Source: Camelus ferus
Lineage: Eukaryota
Length of the DNA stretch: 64,000 bases
NCBI RefSeq assembly: GCF_009834535.1
Contig: NC_045697.1
Span: forward strand, 49,168,001 to 49,232,000
Reading direction: 5' to 3'
Shown one piece after another: positions 13,901-24,830 of the stretch. The position numbers were made by a program, and so were the translations under genes. Each line of letters starts with the position of its first letter. Positions within the stretch are counted from its first letter, which is position 1. Below the pieces are notes generated by a model, which was given only the letters and a program-made list of their open reading frames with translations, did not search any database and was not told where the DNA came from.

Positions 13901-16490
13901 CTGGTAATGTTAATTAAAATAATGTGTATAAAGCATTTACATTTTATAGGTTCAGAGTAAGTGTTGAAGAATAAAAAGTTCAGCTAGAATTTCAGTGTAT
14001 GTTGTGGTATAAAATAATGCGAGGGTTAGGCTTAGAAGAGATGTCAGAAAATGAAGTATAAATCCCAAGCTAAGAGATGTAGAATAGAGTTTTCGCCTGC
14101 CCCTCTCCCTGACCCAAGTTTTCTTATGTGCGGCCTCCCCACCCTCCACTGAGGGACCAGGTTTGTGGTCAGGAATTTTGTATTCATCTTAGACTTTTAA
14201 GAACCATGTCATTCATTTTTGTTTTCCTTAAAATGCAGGTGCACCTATTATCATGTCTTTCCCACACTTCTACCAAGCAGATGAGAAGTTTGTTTCTGCC
14301 ATAGAAGGCATGCATCCAAATAAGGACTATCATGAGACATTTGTGGACATTAATCCTGTGAGTATGCACATCTTCCAGGTTCAGAAACATCCCTTTTATT
14401 CTGTCTATACAGTGTTCACCAGTTTGGTCCTCAGCCCTCTCAAGAAATACATTATCTTCCTTTCATATACATATTCAAGTGGAGGAAACTCAGCTCAGCG
14501 CAGTGAGATGCATAGTTTCATAGCCCCATAATTCGAAGGCTGAGTTCCGTGGAACTCAGATGCAGAAATATCAGCAAACCTACTTTAACAGAAAAGCAAC
14601 AGGGAAAGCCCATCATAGGAAACAACTGGGATCGGATCGGGGTAACCTGGTCAGTCTTCTGTTGCCAGGAGATTGGACCTGAACATGTACACATCCCTCC
14701 CACAGGGCCTCAGGTCGGCAGGGGGAAGACATGCCTCTGTTACTCGCTGCCTGGAATGTGCTGGTTGAAATTTAAATATATATCTTTGCTTCAGTCACTT
14801 TTGGCAAAACTCTTTATACAAGTGCCTTTGAGAGTTATTATATGACATTATTAATTTAAAAGGCATCAAATAGACATAGACTCTTATCTCATATTCCCAG
14901 AGGAGAAGAACTAAAAACCATGTCAAAAGGATGTGAATATCATTTCACAGTGTGAGAGCCTCTCACTGTAGGGACCGAATTAAAGGTGAGATATCATCAT
15001 TCTTGGGATTTTGAATACATGCCTGGAACAATCAAAGAAAAGCAGACACATTTTTTGAGCACAGCCATTTATGGGCACTTCCCTCTTAACCAACTCATTG
15101 CATTTGTATCTGAGAAATCAGTGCTCTTATCCTTTTGTGAATTGGGTCAGGTGTGGCTTTCTCCCTTTTCTCTCTTAGCCATCAGTCAGTTCCTTTTCAG
15201 CAGCTCAGCTCTTCTCAGGTGCCTGTCCCCAGGGCAAGGCACAGCCCCACAGTGTTGGTGCAAAGATGGGGCTGCCGTCGGGGAGATGCTGCACCTGTCC
15301 TCTGGGCTCTGCTGGGTGGGCCTGGCCATGTGTGGGCACCATTCACTGGCCGTGCCCACATCCATCCACCTGGATTCCCAGACCCGACAGGAGGGGATAT
15401 ATTGGATCCCCCTCCTGCTAGGGTCCCCTAGGGCTTTGCTGTTCAAAGTGACAGCATTCTGGGAGCTTGTTAGAAATGCCCAGTCTCAGCCCCTGCTCCA
15501 GACCTACTGAATCAGAATCTGCATTTTAACAAGGTCTCCAAGAACTCACATGTGTAATAAACTGTGAGGAACATTGGTCTACCAGACACGTAACACAATC
15601 CACAGTTCTCAGTCTGTCCCAGGGAACAGTTGTCCCTTGTTCCGCTCTGCCTAGTAAGCGTGGCAGCAGCCACCCTGTTTATCAGAACCACACAGAAACC
15701 ATGCTCTTGAAAAAAACCTCTGTGTGATTTTCATAAGTCCTAATGTTTTTATTTTCTGCTTCTCTGATTTGCAGTTGACTGGAATTATCCTAAGAGCAGC
15801 CAAGAGGTTCCAAATCAACGTTTATGTCAAGAAGTTAGATGACTTTATGTAAGTTTTGCTTCTTTCTAGAGGCAAAGAGTTGTTTTGCTACATTGATTTC
15901 TTGGTAGGGTTGATGTCGGGAGGAGTATAGCCCGCTTCTAACTCTGCTCACCTCTAAGCTTCAGGGATGAGGTATGATCCACATTTTCATGGACTGCCTT
16001 GGTGTTGGAATGTACTTATTTTATATAATCAAACACATATGGAACACTTCCCATGAGTCAGGCCTTGTTCTGAGTACTTTATGTATATTAACTCATTTAT
16101 TCCTCACAATAACCCTGTATTATCCCCATTTTGCAGATGAGGAAACTGAGGCAAATCGAGGTTTAATAACCTGCTAGAACTTACACAGCTAGTAAGGCTG
16201 CAGAGTCTGCTCTGACCTGTCCTGCTAAGCATTTCCTCCTGCACCATGACTCTGGCTGCCTCCCCTCCTTTCTTTCCACTGCTCTCACCCAGCCAGTCAC
16301 AGGCTCTCCCATGGAGGGTTAAATACTCTCTTGGGTCCAGTCTCCCCACACTCCATCTAAAAACCACTACTTAATTAGGACTCCTAAGTATGATCTGCTC
16401 AGACTTTTCAGTGGAAATTGAGAAAATGCTTATGATTTAATGTTGAATGAAAAAACTGGATGCAAAACTATGATACATATCCAAAATATC

Positions 16491-16539
<49 letters not shown>

Positions 16540-19500
16540 ACCTTTCTGTCTGCGTATCTATCAACCAAACTTGGTTGGTTTCCCCCATGGAATTTGCCAG
16601 ATTTAAGCCCACATTATGGATCTTTGTAGAAAGCAAATGTGGTTTGTAAGAATGCATTTTGCCACTTGTGTGTGTATTTCTGAGGGAAGATAATTTACAA
16701 TCTAGAGCTGTTGAATCAAAATGGAATTAGAATTCTGGCTCCACCACTTATGCGTGGTGGTCCTGGGCAGATTACTCCGAGCCATCATTTCCTTGTCTTA
16801 AACCTGGGACAGCCATACCTACTGCATGGGACTACTAAATGAGGTAATGTTCCCAAGATACCCGGTGCACAGCTGGTGCATAGTAAATGCTCAGTAAGTG
16901 ATTGCTCCAGGAGCTTATGAAGATAGTACTTAGCAACCTGGTTATAAAACATTCCGAGAAATGACAGCGTTGTTCTGCTGCAGCCTCCCCTCATAACTCT
17001 TGGCAGTACAGTAATCATTTTGATGAATTTGCTTTTCTGGCATCCTGTGTTTTGGTAAAAACACTTCACATAAATATGCACCACTTCAAATTGCTAGACT
17101 GACAGTTTGTAATAGAACTTCTGGTTGATATATGTTTGCAAAGATGATTAAGAAGACTGCATAAATTCCAGGTAATTTAATGAACTACGTGTGCTGGAAC
17201 TTTCGTATACAAACTTGTCTCACCAGACCAGTGTACTATCATAATGAGGATGTCTATAAAATAATCTCATTTTTTGTCTTTGTAGTGAAACAGGAAACAT
17301 TAGAACCCTGGTTTTCCCAGTGATGTATATCAATGAGGTGAGTCCTGGGAGGGAAATGGGTGTGTTTTACCTGTGGAAGCTTGGGAAACTTCCCATAGGG
17401 TGTCTGCATGTGACTGTGTAATTTAAGATGTGAGAAAGGGACAAACATGATTTTTTAAAATCTGTTTGTCTTCAGGAAATTTCTGTTTATATGTTTACAT
17501 GAAGCTGCCTGTGTCTGAGGTTTGAAAATGACAGAAAGAAACTCCTTTCTGGGAAGCAAGTTATATAAGAAACAAAATGCAAAGGTAAATGAAGCAAGGT
17601 CAGACACTGTTGAAAAAGAACCAAGAGCCAGCACTCAGATAGATGTCCAGTTAAACTTTTCTTAGCCTCTCCTCCATCGTCAAGAATTTGCCAGTTTGTT
17701 TAAAAAGGGAAAAAAAGGTTATCAGTTTACCAATCATTAGTTAAGGAGAAAAAGAAAGTAAAAATTTTCATTACATGAAAATTTCATGTAAGGTGGTTGA
17801 AGAAACAGTTAAATAAAGTGTAACACATGCCCATTAATTGCAGTGATATGTGGTTGCTTTGTCTTTCATCACAGCCTAGAGTTTTTTCTACTTTCTGGTA
17901 AGCATGCATACATCATAAATTACAGAAACAGATCCTAAGTCCAAACAAAAGGAGTTTCTCTGAAGAAATATTTCTTACTTAGTGTACCTACAGAAATGCT
18001 ATCCCTAATTCTTAGGCATAAATTGAAGTTTTATAAATAAAACATATTCTGAAAGTTCAGAAAACACTATTTGATACCTGTGATAAATTCTTTTCTGAAT
18101 CACGTATTATAGTTACTGTAGTTATATCTCCTCAATTTCCCTTTTCTTTTTTACCCAGTTTTGAAGGGAAAACTACAGGATTTTTCACCCTCAATAAGTT
18201 CTTGGTCAGCTGGCTTCTGTTGTTAACAGCAGCATTTTAAAAAGTTTTTATTGGTGGGGAGGGTAATAGCTCAGTGGTAGAGTGCATGCTTAGCAATCCC
18301 CAGTGCCTCCATTAAAAAAAAAAGTTTTTATTATTTTTCTCTCTTCCCTAAAAATACTTGTTCTTTGCAGAAAATTTGGGAAGAAAGATTAGCAAGAAAA
18401 GGGAAAATTTGAATGACTTCACAAACCTGAGCCAGAGTAGCATGTTATTTTTAACTTGCTTTATTTTCCTCAACAGTGTGTTGTAAAATTTTTTCCAATA
18501 ACAGCTTTGTAAAAAAAAAAAAAGTTGATGCTTTGCATTTTGTAAAAGTGACATGTTTTTCATAGAACTCTTGGGAAATTAAAAATAGTATTTAAGAAGT
18601 AAATCGCTTGGTGAGCAAGCCCATCCCTCAGAGAAAATGCAGTTGATACCTGCTCATGTCACCTCGGTATTTTTCTGGTTTTGATATTACATAGTTGAGA
18701 CCACATTGTAGGTACAATTCTATGTCTTTCTTTTTCTCATTTAGCATTGCATTGGTAGCCACATTGATAAACTATTGAAGGGTTTGGGGTTACAGTTCTA
18801 AGACAAGGCTTTTATTGTTTCAAAGGACAAATTCAGGCAATATTTACCACTTTATAGGACCTATTTGCAATGGCTCCTTGGTCATCACTGTTATTTGTGG
18901 GGCAGGCCATGGAAGTAGGGCTTTTCGAAAATGTGGACAGGCCCTGTTCTGCCAGCTTATGGCCATAGCTGTGGCTTATCTGAAGTCCCCTCTACCTGAA
19001 CTTTTGCCTTGAGTTTTTGTTAAAGACTAGACTGAGTCCAGGGAATGAGGGAGTGAAACCTCATGCTTTTGCTCCCTCCCAGAAAGAACTTGATTTTTCT
19101 CTTCTCTAGAAAAATAAAACATTAGACTTGGAAGTGAGCTGGGAGACTGCTATCTCACCCCCTTTTTCCAGAGGTGGAAACTCTGACCCTGATGGGCCTT
19201 TCCCTGCATATTGAACTAAAGTTAAGCCCAAAGTCCCAATTGTTGCTAATAATTTTTATGGAATTAAGCTCTTCAGATACCTCACCCATGACAGTTTAAG
19301 ATGTTAATGCCTTTGCCATTCATACAGAAAGTGTTATTGTAGAATATTTCCTTAGTTATCAGCACCCTCTGTAACTCTGGTTAACCTCAAGTCTTCCCTA
19401 ACACTTTCTGTCGAAAATTCTGGTCCTGATTAGTATAGATCTGGCCAAGAGAGAAATGATGCTTTCCATATGCCATTGTTGGAAAATTTCATTCATTCAT

Positions 19501-21643
19501 TCATCTAATCAACTGACATTAACTGAGCACCTCCTATGTTGGGTGGTGTTATACCCGGTATTGAGTTGACTGAAATAAAAGTCTTGCCTTCAGGAACCTC
19601 ACAGTCAGGAAGAGACAAACAGGTAAAGAGACACAACGCAGAATGTGAAGACAGTGATGGAGGATTTTAGAATGTGAGATGGACAAACTTCTGAAAGGAA
19701 GTTGTACTGAGCTGGATTTTGAAGGATGAGTTAGAGTTGTCTGATAGTAAACAAAAGCTGATATTCTCTCAATATTTCTGAATTCTTTTCCCCTCCTTTT
19801 TCCCACCAATTCTGGGAGTAAAACATATCTTCAGGAGAAAAGGGAAGATGTTAATGAATAAATGCCCCCTCTAGTTACTCTAATTTATAAATGGATTTTC
19901 AGTATCTCTGGTTTGCTAAACAGGAGGACAGACCCAAATTGTATTTAATGATTTGGAAGAAAGATACCACAAAAAAGTTATACTGTGAATATTCGGTAAT
20001 CAAGGGAATACTGTTTTCTTGTTCCCCTCCCAGAGTGTTCTCATTGACCAAGAGACTGCAAGTCGACTGAAGTCTGTGATTAACACGACTTCCATCATCA
20101 TCAACATCCCCTACATTGTCATGGCGCTGGGTGTGTTCTTTGGTCTGGTCTTCACCTGGCTTGCGTGCAGAGGACAGGGATCCATGGATGAGGTCAGCAG
20201 TGGCTGGAAGAACATCTCCCTTACGGGATAACCTTCCCTGAGGACTTCAGCTGTGCTTCACTGATGGGTTGTCAGCAGGCTCACTAGGGTGGATTCTGTG
20301 GTTTTTATACTGGGTGTGGTAATTTCATGGTTATATTACTGCTGGGCCGAACGAGAGGCAAGGGAAGTATGTCAAAGAAGGAGGGGTGATAGAAGGGTAC
20401 TGTCCAGGATTTCGGGTGCTCTTGGTGGGAATGGAATTGCTGGGAGTAAGCATTATGTCTTTGAAAATAATCTGAAAGAAGAGGGAGATTGTATACCAGC
20501 TAAGCACCTGGCCTTTGGTGTTGGACTGCCCAGGTTCAAATGCAAGTTCTGCCACGTAATAGCCATGTGACCGGTTATGATAGAGCTTCCCTTAGGAGTT
20601 TTTAGTGAGGATTTGATGATATAGTAAATACAAAGCACGTGGCCAAGTGCTGGCATTTAGTAAGAGCTCAAGAAATATTAGTTATCTGATGAAACAGCTC
20701 CCTAATTATAGAGCAGTCAGAGATCTGCTTGGAAAGAATCCCTGGTGTATCAGAAGGTACTTACTACTGAGTCATCATTGCATAATAAATGACGGGTGCA
20801 GGGGAGTAGTTACCTTCGTGGAGGGATGGTAACTTCCTCCTTCCACCAAATGGATGGGATAAACAGGTTGGCCTCCCTGAGTGACCAGCAGGCCAACCCA
20901 GGGGTCTCAACATCTTCAAAGAGACTTTCTTAAATTCTCAAAAAGATTCTTTTTGCAACAAAGGCTTTTTCCCTTCCTCACGGCCACAATTAAGTGTCTG
21001 AGGTAAAGGTGAAGCCGGAAATAACACAGGCTGAAACCATCTAACTCATACTAGCTCAGATTTCCCTGTTTCTGCGTTCTTCTGTGGTTCCTCTCAACCC
21101 ATGCCCATTACATTGGTGTGAATTAGGTGGGAGGCAACTATTTTGCCACTCTGTCTGTGGCTGTTACAGTCACTGCAAGGTGGATGTACTGTCGCTGAGA
21201 TTTGCATCAGCACAGGTGAGAGCCCGTATCAACATGATGACTGCTCCTGCAGTAACTGTCTTCACGTGTTCAACAAGCGCGTGGTGACTGACCACCCACC
21301 ACTTCTGAGACATTGTTCTTTGATGGATTTCCAACTAGGAAGGAGGCCAATTCAATAGAGTGCAATGAGGGTTATGGTCCAGGTCAACACAGGGAAGAGT
21401 ACTGCCCTGGTGGGGGAGGGGGTGTCAGAGGATTAGGGTTGAATGATAAAGAAAGAGCCAGAGGAAGCAGGTCAGGAGAAGGTGAGTGGATGATGTTCTT
21501 CCTCCTTCCACCTTCCTCCACCCCTTCCCAAAACTCTGCACATCCAGGGGGAAGTTGGTGATGTGACCATTCAGCCTCACTGTCCTCTTTCTTCTGAGTC
21601 TCAGGGAACTGCAGACGAAAGAGCGCCCCTCATACGAACCTAA
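4868..21643 (+). CDS. SCARB2: SCARB2 / LIMP-2 (CD36-family lysosomal membrane protein), 5'-partial. Coding exons 5-12: join(4868..4959,8005..8124,11488..11657,14239..14357,15775..15848,17286..17337,20034..20192,21605..21643)
   Basis: Eight AG/GT-bounded exons splice into one open frame: KNGTNDGDYVFLTG...SLDWW..CNMINGTDG...[30 protein letters not shown]...transmembrane segment...GTADERAPLIRT*. This matches recalled LIMP-2. Exons 1-4 were not found and presumably lie upstream of the window. Confidence 0.97.
6231..6438. mobile_element. MER20-like hAT-Charlie element
   Basis: ttttgcccc..ggacatttgg..tgtctgga..tttggttgtcacaactgg..ctactggcatcta..gatgctgctaa motifs. Confidence 0.8.
8005..8124 (+). 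CDS. SCARB2: SCARB2 exon 6 (120 nt)
   Basis: acag|GTCACTT...TGCAG|gtaaga; SLDWWTADECNMINGTDGDSFHPLITKDEVLYVFPSDFCR. Confidence 0.96.
8250..8500 (+). mobile_element. MIR SINE
   Basis: Core: tgtgtgaccttgggagagttatttaacc.ctctgtgcctcactttcctcatttgtaaaat. Confidence 0.8.
9094..9183 (-). mobile_element. tRNA-Ala-derived SINE (Vic-1-like)
   Basis: actggggatccaacccaggacctcatgcatgctaagcacacactctgccactgggctctaccctcccc; degenerate TSD agaaatagcac / agaaacagccc. Confidence 0.8.
9575..10205. mobile_element. Probable ERV LTR-like insertion inside an old L1 fragment
   Basis: About 630 nt with LTR-like motifs (gaaaagagttttatttaagcccaactgagg..agcctgggagac) interrupting L1-like sequence at 9390-9570 and 10210-10630; family not determined. 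Confidence 0.45.
11488..11657 (+). CDS. SCARB2: SCARB2 exon 7 (170 nt)
   Basis: taacag|GTCAG...AATG|gtaaga; [56 protein letters not shown]. Confidence 0.96.
14239..14357 (+). CDS. SCARB2: SCARB2 exon 8 (119 nt)
   Basis: tgcag|GTGCA...AATCCT|gtgagt; [40 protein letters not shown]. Confidence 0.96.
15430..15582. mobile_element. MER5A-like hAT element
   Basis: gggagcttgttagaaatgc..tctcagcccc..ccagacctactgaatcagaatctgcattttaacaag. Confidence 0.8.
15775..15848 (+). CDS. SCARB2: SCARB2 exon 9 (74 nt)
   Basis: ttgcag|TTGACT...TTTAT|gtaagt; LTGIILRAAKRFQINVYVKKLDDF. Confidence 0.95.
16050..16230 (-). mobile_element. MIR SINE
   Basis: tatccccattttgcagatgaggaaactgaggca core. Confidence 0.8.
16491..16538. 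repeat. (ATCT)12 tetranucleotide microsatellite
   Basis: Twelve perfect ATCT units. Confidence 0.95.
17286..17337 (+). CDS. SCARB2: SCARB2 exon 10 (52 nt)
   Basis: ttgtag|TGAAAC...AATGAG|gtgagt; ETGNIRTLVFPVMYINE. Confidence 0.95.
18253..18320 (+). mobile_element. Internally deleted Vic-1-like SINE with TSD
   Basis: ggggagggtaatagctcagtggtagagtgcatgcttagca^atccccagtgcctccatt(A)n, flanked by aaagtttttatt on both sides. Confidence 0.85.
19488..19750 (-). mobile_element. L2 LINE 3' fragment
   Basis: (ttca)n tail followed by actgagcacctcctatgt...cttgccttcaggaacctcacagtc. Confidence 0.7.
20034..20192 (+). CDS. SCARB2: SCARB2 exon 11 (159 nt; second transmembrane helix)
   Basis: cccag|AGTGTT...GATGAG|gtcagc; SVLIDQETASRLKSVINTTSIIINIPYIVMALGVFFGLVFTWLACRGQGSMDE. 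Confidence 0.96.
21605..21643 (+). CDS. SCARB2: SCARB2 exon 12 coding part (cytosolic tail with dileucine-type lysosomal sorting motif)
   Basis: tctcag|GGAACT...ACCTAA; GTADERAPLIRT*, where ERAPLI fits [DE]xxxL[LI]. Confidence 0.96.
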   Translation, partial: GTADERAPLIRT

Positions 21644-21891
21644 CGGTCGGCTGCACTTGGTGAAGGAAGCAAGGGAGCTGTCGTGACCTGGACCACAGCG
21701 TGGGCCAACTGTCTGCGTCCTCACCGGCATGTCACCTGGTGTGAGAGGAGAGAGGAGACCCTGTGCTGGCGTGTGATGAGGGCCGTCGGGCAGAGGGCCA
21801 AGAGCAGGCTGACATGGTTGGCCGTTAGGCTTTACAAGATCCTGTGGTCCCTGACAAACTATTTTGTTCTTCACGTGTCTAGCAAGTATTT

Positions 21892-21897
21892 AATAAA
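21892..21897 (+). terminator. Candidate proximal poly(A) signal of SCARB2
   Basis: AATAAA about 250 nt after the stop, followed by T/GT-rich sequence (ttttccattgttgggtg). Confidence 0.45.
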
Positions 21898-24306
21898 TTC
21901 TTGTATAGTAATTTTTCCATTGTTGGGTGCTGGTAGCTCCAGAATTTTGTGACCACTGTCGTGGTTATAATGTCTCCACATCCCTTGTTAATGCTACCTG
22001 ATCTAACCTTATTCAGTATGTTTCACTCACCAGACTTTGTGCTCAAAATGCATAAGTACTATTTCAAGTTGTTTTCCTCCATGCACTGCATCCTCAAGAG
22101 ACAAAAAGAGTTCGGAATGCAGGGTAAAATACTAAAACTCATTCAGTACCATTCAAATGCACCTAATTTCCTCTTTTGAAAAGGGACATTAGTGTTTCTT
22201 ACTAATCTTTAGTTCATAATTCCTCCAGGAAATAATTTAGTCTTCTGATGACTTTCATATAGGTTAGGAATTAAGCAGGGAAGGGGTTGGGTGGGGTGAG
22301 ATGTGCAGTGGGGTGGTACCTGTGAGTTGATAGTGATAAACACCTGAGGATATTTTTACTATTCTTTTGTGAATTGAGAGAATGCATAAATAATGTTGGT
22401 GAGGACAAGTACAGATATTTCATATATAGAATAGAATGCTAATTATGACATTTGTGAATAGTTTGTTATTTTTTCAGTCAAACTGATCTTGACGTGGAAA
22501 GGCATTTCTGGGAGAATGTAATCAGTGACTGGTATTTTTTCTTCCCTCAATCACCCTTACCAAATATGACTGTATTAATTAGAATACTCTTGAGTGATTA
22601 TTTGTAAAGTTACTTATGAACATAGGAAATTCATCTATCCACAGCGTAAGTTACAATTAAATTTCAGGAAGTCTGACTACACTAAAGAGACATTTCTTCC
22701 AGGACACTCTTCTTGGTAACTTTGGAGTTGTTTTTATAAGTTGTTATTCTTTCCTCAGATTCAGTTTGTTCTGATATTTTGTGGCTCACTGAATAGAAAA
22801 AAAAATGTGCCCTGTACTTCCTGTGACAGTCATTCTGCTGACAGAGTGACAGTGTTGTTTTAAAATACTGCACAGGAAGTGCTTTTAAGAAAAGTTCCGT
22901 GGGACCAGAAGCAGAGCCACCTCTCTTTAGACCTCTTAGCTTTCAGTGTAACCCAAATCAGAGGATTGGGAACCATGATGTCACAGAATTCAAGCATATT
23001 TAAGGGCATTGTATTTGATTCTTAATGTTCATTATTCATTTTTGATTGAGAAGCCTGTACAGTTATCTGGCAAAGAGCACAGAGAATTTCTTAACCACTG
23101 AATCATTCTACAGGATTTTTTGTTTAAAAATTGGATTTCAGTACAAGCAAATGAATGAAAAAGGCCACAGATTTTACAAACATAGCTTCTGATCCCTCTG
23201 GGGAGGTAATAAATCACTTTAGTTTCCTTGCCTCAATTTTCCCACTCTCTACACTAAGGCAATATGTAATATGTTTCCCTTTTTGAAGGGACAATTCAGT
23301 AAAGTCTCAATTTCTCTATAAATTAAGATAAAACCTATAGATATCCGAAATCACCAAAGAGTGAAAAACTAAATTGAAAATATTTTATCTTCAATAATGC
23401 CAAATATCTGTATTTTTAAAATTTATCAATATTTAATGAGATAATTGGCATATCTTATTCTTGTTTATATCCACTTATTAACACTAATGAAACTAGTAAG
23501 TCAGTGCATTCTCATTGGTTCATTCCATTACCAGGATATAATCATCTGTGAGGTGGTCATTTTTAAATACTATGAATGATAATGTAGCAGTTAGTGATGT
23601 ACACCTTTAGAATGAATCTGCATGGCCAGGGAGACTGAAAACATTGTTTCCATGTGATTCTTAATAGTTACTTGGCTTAAAATATCACTTTTGATATTTT
23701 CCTTCTGAAAAGTCTGTGGCAAAAGCATACACTGCAGTCAAGATTATAGGTTGCTTAAGAAGAATGAATGTACCTATTTGGTTTTAGTTTAAAAATAACA
23801 AACTGTTCCTCATGCTAGTTTTCTTAGAGCTGTTATCCTGGAAAGGCCCCCAAAGTTTTTGAGATTGTCACAGTCATTGAATACAGCGTCCTCTACTGTG
23901 ATACTCAATTTAGGGAGAAACCAAACTGAGAGAGGTCGCCTCGCTTCTCTCAAGGAAACTAGGGAGCTGACACAGGACAGGAAATGGGCTTTTCCCACTA
24001 GACTTTACTTCCTCATGTTCTAGAAAGATCACTCATGGTCAGGGGGAGCAAGTGCTATATGACTAACTTTTATTGGGGTTTTTACTTACAGGAGGCTAAC
24101 TTTTTAATTTCAATTGCTTAAGATAAAAGTTCTGCAAAAGGTGACCTTCATCCTCAGCCTTCTGGGCATTGTCACTGGGATTAATTGCTTGTGGCTGTTA
24201 AAGAGAATACTCACCAGAATATTCTTCATGTAGTTTATATGGCTGGTCCTTTCATGTGATTCTTGATATGTTTATTTCTATCCTTAATGCAATGAAATAC
24301 TTCACT

Positions 24307-24312
24307 AATAAA
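24307..24312 (+). terminator. Candidate distal poly(A) signal of SCARB2
   Basis: AATAAA followed by ttgtatgttatgtc GT-rich downstream element; repeat sequence resumes shortly after. Confidence 0.65.
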
Positions 24313-24417
24313 AAAGCGGTTTCTATGAAATTGTACTGGAAATTGTATGTTATGTCATCAGATGTTCAGTTGTCTATGGAGTTCCATTTGAAAGGTGCTC
24401 TCTGCCCTCCTGATGGA

Positions 24418-24830
24418 TGTAGTCCTGAGTTACACCTCTTGGGCCACCTCTGATTTCAGCTCAGCTGTGGTGGACAGTTATTGGTAGCCTGACAAGCCCC
24501 AGACTTTTCTTTTCTGCCTCCGGGTTTTCTCCAGGGCCCTGGAAGCCCCTCAGGAGCACTGAGGGGTTAATACTCCCAGGAACTGATGCTCAACCAAAGC
24601 GGGCAGAAGTTGGCCAGTAAGTGTTCCAGTCTTCAGAGGGACAGTTCTCAGGCTCATTCTACTTGGTGCCTCAGGTGCAGTTGCCCACAGTGGGAACTGC
24701 TTCCTGTTATCGTTTCTTCATTCTCTGTCTCAGTCTCCCCACGCCCTCACTGCTGCTTCCTCCCAAATAATCTACCTGCACTAACATCCTTATTCAGGTC
24801 TGCTTCCAGGTAAACACAAGCTAAAAGGCA
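24418..24830 (+). mobile_element. LTR16-like (ERVL) solo LTR
   Basis: 3' end cctcccaaataatctacctgcac..atccttattcaggtctgcttc..aacacaagctaaaaggca resembles the LTR16 terminus. Confidence 0.6.

Larger units (their letters stand above)
21644..24335 (+). other. SCARB2: SCARB2 3' UTR (about 2.7 kb; end approximate)
   Basis: Repeat-poor AT-rich stretch after the stop codon. It ends at AATAAA 24307 followed by a GT-rich tract. Confidence 0.65.

Noticed and set aside
14986..15510. 174-aa ORF in SCARB2 intron 8, the longest in the track
   Set aside because: GTG start, no recognisable domain, and it ends inside a MER5A-like element; most likely a chance ORF.
21425..21952. ORFs overlapping the SCARB2 last exon and 3' UTR (149 aa on -, 89 aa on +), or stop-codon readthrough
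   Set aside because: Non-ATG starts and no homology. The stop context TAA CGG is not a known readthrough motif.
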